Shown piece by piece: positions 9,986 to 18,339 of a stretch of 64,000 nt of DNA. The notes under the pieces are model-generated. The model did no database searches and was not told the origin of the DNA. It saw nothing but the letters and a program-made list of their open reading frames with translations. This stretch comes from Spirochaetia bacterium. Lineage in GTDB: Bacteria; Spirochaetota; Spirochaetia; SP-2023. The stretch covers positions 1,056,001 through 1,120,000 of the forward strand of contig CBDDCK010000005.1 of the NCBI GenBank assembly GCA_965225855.1, given 5' to 3'. How positions within the stretch are numbered: the stretch's first letter is position 1; every line of letters starts with the position of its first letter. Both the position numbers and the translations under genes were made by a program.

Positions 9986-12900
9986 TAATTCAAGTTTATC
10001 TTTGAGTTTCTCCGCTTTTTTAGCAACATTGTAAGCAGCGACTTTATCAGGGTCATTGATTTCATCGCTGATTTGTTCTTTATGTATATCTAAAATATTT
10101 TCGGTGTCAAAACCACAAGATTTATCATGTTTGCCACAAATATATTGATGCTTTGTAAACTTTAAATGGTTTTTTTCTTCTTCTCGATAAACCCATTCAT
10201 TTTCACAATAAGGACAGTTATCACTGGTTTGTTTTTCACTGGTAAAAATAATGGCTCCGTATTGATCTATATGTTTTATAATAATATCACTTTTTTTTGA
10301 TTTATACTCTTTATTCTTATCTCCCCAACCTTTATCTTTCTTCAATTGCTCTAATTGCTCTAAAGCAAGTTCCCTTTCTCTTACCTTAAGTTCCCTAATC
10401 TCAATCAAATCCTTAATATGCGGTGGGACAAAGCCTTTGGTTTGAAATTTTTGGAATAAAGCATACTCTAATCGCCGTGAAATATTGATATACAAATCTT
10501 GAAAATGCTTATCAATCATGTCTCTACTCAAGTCTTCTAAGACGATAAACCCGGGATATTTATCTTGTACGGAATATTTATCTTGTAGAAAAGAGATAAC
10601 CCCAATCATATTCGCTACCAAAGCATCTCGAAGATGATTGATTTTATTAGCACTTGGTTTATGCTCACTTCTATCGGTTGCTTGAAGTTCTTGCAAAAAC
10701 TCTTCAAAGCGTTGTTTAATATCTTCTTTGGTATAGGTGTAGTCTTTTAATTCTAAGCCCTCATATTCTTTTTCCCAATAATAAAAAGGTTTACCATCTA
10801 TTTTGAGATGAACGCCTTTATCATCTTCCCAATCGCTTATGCAAGAATTTTCATTGTAGTTTTCAAAAATGATTTTTTTAGCAGCTTCTTTTTTGAGTTT
10901 TAAGTAAGTGAAAACATCACCATTTAAAATGATTTTATCTTTGATCACTTTAGCTTTTGTAAGATCAATGAAGGCAAGATTTTTTTGCTCAAACAAATCA
11001 TCTCTATCTATTCTATCTATGAAATAAGAAAGATTATTAAAAATTCTTCTTTCTTTTATATTATCAAAATTGACCATTTTATGGCTTGGTTTTTCTTTGG
11101 TATTATAAAAATCTTTTCTCAGTTCATAGCATTTGATATCTTGCTCTTCAATTGGAAAAGTTGGTTTTAATATTTCTTGTTTTTCTTTTTTATTTTTATC
11201 ATAAAGATATTTATTGTCTTGATTAAACTTAGCAATGCACAAAGTTGCTAATTCGATATTCCCTCTATCTATGCCATATTTGTAAAAAGTATCCCAGTTT
11301 TGGTTGTTAAAATCTCTATTAAAATCTTTGATTTTCTCTTCTATTTCTTCTGCTTTGGCAAAGGCTAAATCTGTATGTAGGGAGTTTGGATTCAGTGTAA
11401 AAGTAGTAGTAAGAGTGAATTGGTCACGACATTTTCTATTATCTGAATAATTATTAGTTGATAAATAGTTATGCTCTGTATGATCTTTTCTCCTAAAATT
11501 AATTTTCATTTCAGGGTTTAATCTGATTGTATCGTTATTGGTAGTATTCCAAAAATCAAGCCACATTTTAGTATGTCTTCTGTTTTGGCTCTTTGGTGTT
11601 TGGTATTCATTTTGATTTCTTTTTTCTAAGTCATAAGAAGTGATCTTAAAAACGACAATATCAAATTTTTTCATCAAATCATCTCTTGTTTTTTGATTTA
11701 AGCCAAACGCTTTCATTTTATAAAGCGAATTCATCTCTTTTTCAAATGTTTCATTATCTTTTGCATTTAATACTTTGCTCAAATCAAAGTCAGATAAGTC
11801 TAAAATAGACTGTGCATAAGCTGTTTCTAAAATGCCTTGCATAAATTCCAATTCATATTCGGCTTTTGATTTATCACAAGGTTTTTTATTTTTATGATTA
11901 TTTTTTCTATTTTGTAACTCATTCTTATCATTGGTGGCTTCTTTGCTATCAGAATGAATTTTCAATAATTTGTGCAATGCCCTTTTGGTAAGAGTATCCC
12001 GCACATATTCATACATATCTTTAAGCCCCTTAATAAAAGTACTCTCTTCGGCAAAGCATAGTTTGTGCAATGCCCTTTTGGTAAGAGATGAGATAAAATG
12101 TAATTGATAGTCTTCATTAGTTTGTGAGCTGGTTAATTTTTCTAATTCTTTTCTCAACGCTTGCATCTTTTCTTTTGGTATCAGCCATAAGAAATCTTCA
12201 TTTTTATTTTTATTTTTGCCAATTCCTATCCAATATCTATTTTGTTCTGCTTCTAATTGTTGTTTTTCTAAATTTTTACTACTTGCTTTTATCTTGCCAT
12301 ACTGCATAGCAATAGTTTTGTAGCTATCTATAAATTCTACCCAATTTTTAAAATAATCATTAAAAACTTTCTTGTTTTGTTTTCTATCAAACCAAGACCT
12401 TTTAATTAGATAATCTCCTCGTTTTTGTTTGGGGGTTTTCTCTTGATTGCTTTTATCACCTTTGTTTTTGTTTTTATCAATTTGTTTTGTTAATAGGATA
12501 CATTTTTCTATAAAGCCTAAGCCTTTATCTTGAAAAAAGTAATACTTATTTTCCAGATTATCAGTTTGTTTTTGGCAATCTTCAAAGAACTGGCTTTTCA
12601 TTTTAGCTTTCAAATCTTGCATCAAAAATTTTATTTCTTCAATTGTGAAACTAATTTTATTCTCTGGAGATTGTTTAATCAGATTGTATTCATCTAAAAA
12701 ACTTGATTCTTCTTTGGATTTAAAGCAAATTTCTTTATCCTTATTATCTTTCTTAAAAATTGGTATCGTTAAAGTTTTTTTATCTTTATCATAACAAGCT
12801 ATTTTCTCATCTTGTCGATCTTCTAATTTTTTAATCTCACCATCAAAATACTCTTTAGATTTTTTATTCACGGTGTAGTAGTTCATACTACCACCTGCTA

Positions 12901-13525
12901 AACAAATCCCTGCAGTTTGAAAAGGTAAATAATTTTCTTGTAAAGCGAGCCATTCTTTTTCAAGTTCCTTAATCTTTTTATAAAGCCTGTTTATCTCTTC
13001 ACTTTTATGTTTATGATTTAAGTTCTGTAAAAAGTCTCTAATCAAGAATAAATATTTTTTTGAACAAAACTCATTGATTAGAAAAGCAATTTCACTGTTT
13101 CGCTCTTTTTCATTTTGATTTTTTGAAAGTAATTCTTTGATTTTATTTAAAAGTTTTTCTATGATTAAAAGTTCTCCTGATTTATTACCATTATTATTAA
13201 TGAATAATTCAAATAATTTATCTTTTAAATACGATACTTTTTCAACAAAATATTCTTTCTTTTTATGCTGTGCATAAAAGTCATTCTTAAAATAATTTTT
13301 CAAAAAATCTTTCTTTATAATCAAAAGAGAATTTATTTTTATTTTTTTCTCATCTTCATAAAAAAATAATTCTTTTAAAGATTTGAAAAATTTTTCTGTT
13401 TCAATAATCAATTCTTTCTCATTTATCTCTTTTATTTTTGGGAGGCTTAAATCTCCTTGAATCTTTTCTAATTTAAATCGTGTTGATTTTGTGTAAGTAT
13501 ATTTGTATTTGTTAAAGTCTTTCAT
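9917..13525 (-). CDS. cas12a3: Cas12a2-related type V effector, Smithella/Cms1 clade (Cas12a3-like RNA-triggered nuclease)
   Basis: RuvC-I YGIDRGNIELATL, RuvC-II IVLEDL, RuvC-III NDPDKVAAYNVAK and Zn ribbon CPYC...C...CGF. Clade motifs NYYTVNKK, IRLNPE, NLSYF, IDLTKAKVI..IILNGD, VANMIGVI and LEYALFQKFQ..GFVPP resemble SmCms1 as recalled. No Cas12a Nuc domain. Confidence 0.8.
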   Translation of the reverse strand: MKDFNKYKYTYTKSTRFKLEKIQGDLSLPKIKEINEKELIIETEKFFKSLKELFFYEDEKKIKINSLLIIKKDFLKNYFKNDFYAQHKKKEYFVEKVSYLKDKLFELFINNNGNKSGELLIIEKLLNKIKELLSKNQNEKERNSEIAFLINEFCSKKYLFLIRDFLQNLNHKHKSEEINRLYKKIKELEKEWLALQENYLPFQTAGICLAGGSMNYYTVNKKSKEYFDGEIKKLEDRQDEKIACYDKDKKTLTIPIFKKDNKDKEICFKSKEESSFLDEYNLIKQSPENKISFTIEEIKFLMQDLKAKMKSQFFEDCQKQTDNLENKYYFFQDKGLGFIEKCILLTKQIDKNKNKGDKSNQEKTPKQKRGDYLIKRSWFDRKQNKKVFNDYFKNWVEFIDSYKTIAMQYGKIKASSKNLEKQQLEAEQNRYWIGIGKNKNKNEDFLWLIPKEKMQALRKELEKLTSSQTNEDYQLHFISSLTKRALHKLCFAEESTFIKGLKDMYEYVRDTLTKRALHKLLKIHSDSKEATNDKNELQNRKNNHKNKKPCDKSKAEYELEFMQGILETAYAQSILDLSDFDLSKVLNAKDNETFEKEMNSLYKMKAFGLNQKTRDDLMKKFDIVVFKITSYDLEKRNQNEYQTPKSQNRRHTKMWLDFWNTTNNDTIRLNPEMKINFRRKDHTEHNYLSTNNYSDNRKCRDQFTLTTTFTLNPNSLHTDLAFAKAEEIEEKIKDFNRDFNNQNWDTFYKYGIDRGNIELATLCIAKFNQDNKYLYDKNKKEKQEILKPTFPIEEQDIKCYELRKDFYNTKEKPSHKMVNFDNIKERRIFNNLSYFIDRIDRDDLFEQKNLAFIDLTKAKVIKDKIILNGDVFTYLKLKKEAAKKIIFENYNENSCISDWEDDKGVHLKIDGKPFYYWEKEYEGLELKDYTYTKEDIKQRFEEFLQELQATDRSEHKPSANKINHLRDALVANMIGVISFLQDKYSVQDKYPGFIVLEDLSRDMIDKHFQDLYINISRRLEYALFQKFQTKGFVPPHIKDLIEIRELKVRERELALEQLEQLKKDKGWGDKNKEYKSKKSDIIIKHIDQYGAIIFTSEKQTSDNCPYCENEWVYREEEKNHLKFTKHQYICGKHDKSCGFDTENILDIHKEQISDEINDPDKVAAYNVAKKAEKLKDKLELLNKPAERPNLPSNPTLNSVRLS

Positions 13526-13565
13526 TTTTATTCCTTTTAATTTTTATTTTAAAGTTTTATCAAGA

Positions 13566-16500
13566 TCAAGATTTATTTTCAATAGTTAACCACTTATCTT
13601 TTTGCTTTTTCACCAATTCTTCTTGTTGTGCAAAAGATTGCCAATCTGTTTTGAATACATCAATTCTCAATTTACCATCTTCTTTTTTATCTTCTGTGAT
13701 ATTTTGCAAGATGATAATCCCTTTTCTGGCAATATTATATGCACCATTAGCATCAGAATCTTGAGGAAGAAGAGCATCTTTAGAAGCATAATCTTTAAGT
13801 TTTCTACTATCGTAAAAAGGTTCAACAGGAGAAACAATAAAATCACTCTCTGCGTTATGGGTGTAAATTGTGTGAATGACTTTCCCTACATCATTTTTAA
13901 TTTCTTGTTTTTCAGCTTTGCTATTATCCGTTACTCGCATATCTAAAAGGCGATTAAAATGAGCTATAATTTTTGCAAGTAGTTTATTTTCTTTATAGTC
14001 TTCTGCTTTTGATTTTTTACAAATTATTTCTTTAATATCCAAATCTTTTGTAAGTGTAATTTCCTGTTCATTAAAAAGTTTTTTCAATTCTTCATTGGTA
14101 TCTACTAGTTTATGTGTGTTTTTGTCGTAAGTAGAGCGTTCTATACGGCTGTGAATTGTCCAAATTTTATCCAGTTTGGTTTCATCAAATTCTTTTTCGT
14201 CTTCATAATTTCCTGTCTTACCTTTGAAATTTTTCAGGTTATACGAAAACTCAAAATGCTCTCCATTAAAAATGATGCTTTCAAACTTGCCAAAAAATTC
14301 TTGTGCCTGTTCTACATCTTTATATTTAGGATACAACGAACGCATATAGCCCGTAATTGGGTCGGTTTTTGAAGTATAACCAGCCGCGGTATAAAACAAA
14401 ATTCCAGATTGTTTTCCTAATTTTTGAAAACTCTCAAATTTATTAGAAAGTTGTAATGGCTTTAGGTAATGACCTGCCTTGTTTGAGTCTGTTTCTTTTT
14501 TGAATATTAAATAATTTAGTTTATCAATTAGGGCTTTCTCAAATTTTTGGTAAATCTGTTTTTCTACCTTAAATCTTCCTCGTTTAAAACCAGAATTTAA
14601 ATCCTCCAGAACAACAATAGCATTATGTTTTACAATCAATTGACTCAATTGATGCACTACTTGGGAAAGATACCCTGCTTTTAATTCTTTAATGTTTTCA
14701 ATAGTTTCCCAGTTTTCTCTTGCACCTGCGCGTTCTTTTTCTTTGGTGTCAAGTTTTGCATGATAGTCAATTTCTTTGGTAAATTTTGTACCTTCTTTTT
14801 CATATTCATTTTTAATAATATTCCAACTGCCTTGCTCTAAAATATCACCATCTTGATTGATAACCGAGTAATACAGTAAATTTCGCTCACCCCTATCAAT
14901 ACCAATAATCTTGACATCTTTGTTGTCTTTCAAAAATTCATTTACTTCTTGATTTAAGTAACTGCTACCTTGTGCTTTGAAATTACAAGTAATAGGACAA
15001 TGAAATAAAATTTTATCCTCACTATATCTTTTGTCTTTAGTAATTTCTTGATTTTTATTAGTAATAATTTTGCCGATAATCGTATCCTTATATTGTACCA
15101 GCTTATATTTTGTATGTTCACACTCCTTATAAGTAATATTATCTTTGCCCTTCAGGTCATCTTCAATATTTTGTTCAGTTATAGGTAACCCTAACTCTTT
15201 CCATTCTTTAGCATATTGCTTGTGTTTTAGAATAGTACCTACTTTATGGACAAAAAGATTCTTTATATTTATAGATGCTTTTCTAAAAAATAATTCTGCT
15301 TGACCGTTTAATTTATAAACGACATCTTTTAAGTTCTCTTCCTCAAAAAGTGCTTTCCAAAAGATAGTATGAAGATTATCAGTTCCTTTCTTTGTTTTCT
15401 CTTTAGAAAAATCTTTGTTGTATATTTCAAAAAGGTAGAGTTTTTCTTCTCCTACACATTGATCGATATAATTTTCACTGATATTAGTAAAAGATATTTT
15501 ATAAATACAGTGAGATAATTTATTATAAAATTTATCTAAAGATTCATATTCTTTTTCAAATAAGTTCTTGTAATCATATTCAGCTTCTGCTGTGCTAGCA
15601 TAACTTTCTAAAAATGATTTACAAAATTTAATCCAAGTATTCAATGCTTCTTGATACTCTTTTTTGTAACGTGTCATCTCATTTTCAATTTTAGTAATAG
15701 TTTCTTTATGTTCTAAAAATTTATTTAAATCCGTTTTTGATATTGCTGGATTCTCTATTTTTGATTCAGTCTCAAGTTTAAATTTAATCTCATTTTCTCT
15801 TATCTGCAAATATTCTTTTTGAAACTTTTTGGGTCTTGTATCTTCTGATTTTCTAGGCACAAATTCTTTTTTTGATTTATCATATACAGTGTTGTTGAGT
15901 TCAAAAACTTGTTTTGTGATTTCCAAGTTTGATGAAAATTTTCCCTCGCTTGATTCTTTTTCAATAAGAAATGAAGTGTCGTTTTTATCAAAATGCTTTT
16001 TTACTTCTGAACGTTGAGTGGAACACTTAGGAATCATTGTAGTTCCATCTTTAAAAAATTTATAAACTACTTTTTTATATTGCTGACCTTCTTTTTTAAT
16101 AAGTTTCAAGTTGGATAATTCTTTTTCCAAATTCAATAACTTATCGCTCTCTTGTTTATGTCCTTTTGTTCCTTGTTTTTTATTCGCTAATTTCTCCTTT
16201 TGTTTTTGAATCTCTTTACATTTGTTTTCAATAGCTACTTTATTTTCATCATCACCGCTATTTTTAAAGATCGTACTATGCGCTTTATCCATTACAGCCA
16301 GATAATATTTATTATCCTTTAATAATAGGGCACAGGTATTATCAGTTTCTTTATTTTTATCCCACCCATCAGCAAGGGTTGCATTTTCAAAATTGAGTTT
16401 AAATTTTTCTACACTATATGGTTTTTGTGTGAGGTAGTTTCTGACTTGGTCATAGAGTGTGTTTATTTGTGATAAGTTGTCGTAAATTTTATCAAATTCA

Positions 16501-18272
16501 CTATAAAAAGCATTATCTTTTTCAAATAAATTTTGTTTTTTCTCATCGCTCTTTTTGATTTTTACGACCAATGGCTTTAAGAAAAATTGCAATTGTTTGA
16601 TACTGTCTAAATAGTTTTTAATTTTTAAAACATCTTCTTTATTGTTTTTTAATTCTTGCTCTTCATTATTGTATTTTTCTAAAATACAATTAATTTTGGA
16701 ATTTGATTTAATATTTTCTAAAATGTCAATTGTTCGATGATTTTCTTTATCTGTAATTTTAAGACTTTCAAAATATGTAATCAAAGGCTTATTTATAGTT
16801 TTATTTTTGAGCTCATCTGTAATCTCATCACTTTCATAGTTTTTAGTATAAAACTCCAAAGCATTGTGAATCTTTTCAAGAGAAAAATAATCTTTTTTGA
16901 GTTCTTTTTCTCTTTGTTTTTCTGTAAATCTTTTCGGGTTGTTGTTTTTATCTTTGCCTAATAACTCATTTTTAAAATAATACACTAAAGCACTTTTATG
17001 ATATTGCCCAAAAATTTCTTGTGAAATATCGGTAATAGCTTTATCATTTTTGATATAAACTTTGGATAAATCTGCCTGCTCTTTTAATATAGTAAAGATA
17101 TTTTTATCGCAAGTAGATTTTAATCTCTCTGTGATGTTAAAATGTTCTTCCCCATTATAATAAAATAAATTGTCATTTTCAAAAGTAAAGCGTTGTAAAT
17201 CCTCACATAATTCAGCATCTGATTTGATACCCTCTAAACGAAATGAGCTACCTTCTCTATCGCTTAAAATCTGTTTGAAAAGCTCTTGCATTTTGCAGGA
17301 ATAAGTATCTTTTTTCTTTTCTTGCTCTTTTTTATCATTTTCTTCTAAGCCTTTCTTTTGTGACAAAACAGGGAACAAAAGATGCTCAGCTTTTTTATCA
17401 TCTCCCTCTAAGCCTTTCTTTTGTGAGACTAATCGCTGACCTGCTAAATTGATAATCTCGTTGAAGCCTTTGATTTTTGTATTTTTATCAATAGTTTTTC
17501 CACCAATAACTTGGTTATATTTATCAATTCCACTTTGAGTTAAACATTGATTAAAGTATTCTAACTTGAAAACACTGTCTAAACTTTCAATTTTTAAATC
17601 ATCTAAATTTTCTTTTAATTTAGAAAAATCAATATTGAGTTTCTTTGCGTTCTCATAGCATTCTAAATTCTCTAAAAACTTGGGTAAATTTTCGTGAATG
17701 AGTCTATAACCAATCGCCGTAGAGTGTTCTTTTTCTGTGTAAATATTCTTTCTGTTCTCTTCAAAACCTCCAAAGTAAGTTGTCCAGCCTTTGAACTTTG
17801 TGATAATCTCTATTTTATGTTTATGGTCTAAATCTTGACCATTTTGGTATCGCTTTTTTAACCACGAGATAAGGATACTTTCAATAAACTCTTTTCCAAA
17901 TGGCTCTTTATCAGTTTTAAAAATTTCACCTTTGGCATTGGAAAGTTTTTTGCGTAATTGACCTTGTATTGATTCTAAACTCTTTTGAAGTGTTTTATTT
18001 TTCTTATCGCTTTTAAGTTTTGAATAGATCTCTTTAAAATTTTTTAATTCTTTAACATCAAAAGCAAAATTTTTCAAACCCTCATTGATAAACCATTTAT
18101 GATATTCATCAATGATTTTTTTGGCTTCTTTATAGTCTTTTGCTCGTTGCTCATCTTTGCTAATGAGACCTTTATTGTTGATATGCTCAAGTGTTTTTCC
18201 AATAGGTTTTAACTCAAATCGTAGGGTTTTATCTACAGAATATTTATTTGTAAATTTTTCAAACATCTCCAT
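13566..18272 (-). CDS. cas12a: Type V-A CRISPR effector Cas12a (Cpf1), enlarged by insertions
   Basis: FTNKYSVDKTLRFELKP, GWDKNKE, MIPKCSTQ, YKLNGQAELF, IIGIDRGERNL, VVLEDLN, DSDANGAYNIARKG; RuvC D-E-D triad intact. Confidence 0.97.
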   Translation of the reverse strand: MEMFEKFTNKYSVDKTLRFELKPIGKTLEHINNKGLISKDEQRAKDYKEAKKIIDEYHKWFINEGLKNFAFDVKELKNFKEIYSKLKSDKKNKTLQKSLESIQGQLRKKLSNAKGEIFKTDKEPFGKEFIESILISWLKKRYQNGQDLDHKHKIEIITKFKGWTTYFGGFEENRKNIYTEKEHSTAIGYRLIHENLPKFLENLECYENAKKLNIDFSKLKENLDDLKIESLDSVFKLEYFNQCLTQSGIDKYNQVIGGKTIDKNTKIKGFNEIINLAGQRLVSQKKGLEGDDKKAEHLLFPVLSQKKGLEENDKKEQEKKKDTYSCKMQELFKQILSDREGSSFRLEGIKSDAELCEDLQRFTFENDNLFYYNGEEHFNITERLKSTCDKNIFTILKEQADLSKVYIKNDKAITDISQEIFGQYHKSALVYYFKNELLGKDKNNNPKRFTEKQREKELKKDYFSLEKIHNALEFYTKNYESDEITDELKNKTINKPLITYFESLKITDKENHRTIDILENIKSNSKINCILEKYNNEEQELKNNKEDVLKIKNYLDSIKQLQFFLKPLVVKIKKSDEKKQNLFEKDNAFYSEFDKIYDNLSQINTLYDQVRNYLTQKPYSVEKFKLNFENATLADGWDKNKETDNTCALLLKDNKYYLAVMDKAHSTIFKNSGDDENKVAIENKCKEIQKQKEKLANKKQGTKGHKQESDKLLNLEKELSNLKLIKKEGQQYKKVVYKFFKDGTTMIPKCSTQRSEVKKHFDKNDTSFLIEKESSEGKFSSNLEITKQVFELNNTVYDKSKKEFVPRKSEDTRPKKFQKEYLQIRENEIKFKLETESKIENPAISKTDLNKFLEHKETITKIENEMTRYKKEYQEALNTWIKFCKSFLESYASTAEAEYDYKNLFEKEYESLDKFYNKLSHCIYKISFTNISENYIDQCVGEEKLYLFEIYNKDFSKEKTKKGTDNLHTIFWKALFEEENLKDVVYKLNGQAELFFRKASINIKNLFVHKVGTILKHKQYAKEWKELGLPITEQNIEDDLKGKDNITYKECEHTKYKLVQYKDTIIGKIITNKNQEITKDKRYSEDKILFHCPITCNFKAQGSSYLNQEVNEFLKDNKDVKIIGIDRGERNLLYYSVINQDGDILEQGSWNIIKNEYEKEGTKFTKEIDYHAKLDTKEKERAGARENWETIENIKELKAGYLSQVVHQLSQLIVKHNAIVVLEDLNSGFKRGRFKVEKQIYQKFEKALIDKLNYLIFKKETDSNKAGHYLKPLQLSNKFESFQKLGKQSGILFYTAAGYTSKTDPITGYMRSLYPKYKDVEQAQEFFGKFESIIFNGEHFEFSYNLKNFKGKTGNYEDEKEFDETKLDKIWTIHSRIERSTYDKNTHKLVDTNEELKKLFNEQEITLTKDLDIKEIICKKSKAEDYKENKLLAKIIAHFNRLLDMRVTDNSKAEKQEIKNDVGKVIHTIYTHNAESDFIVSPVEPFYDSRKLKDYASKDALLPQDSDANGAYNIARKGIIILQNITEDKKEDGKLRIDVFKTDWQSFAQQEELVKKQKDKWLTIENKS

Positions 18273-18277
18273 ATAAA

Positions 18278-18318
18278 CTCCTGCACGCTAGTATAGTTAT
18301 TTCATTTGTCAAGCTCAA
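18278..18318 (-). promoter_or_regulatory. Putative sigma70 promoter and RBS for cas12a
   Basis: Minus strand TTGAGC (18318-18313), 17 nt, TATACT (18295-18290); AGGAG at 18282-18278, 5 nt before the ATG. Confidence 0.55.
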
Positions 18319-18339
18319 TAACTTTAACATAATTATTTA

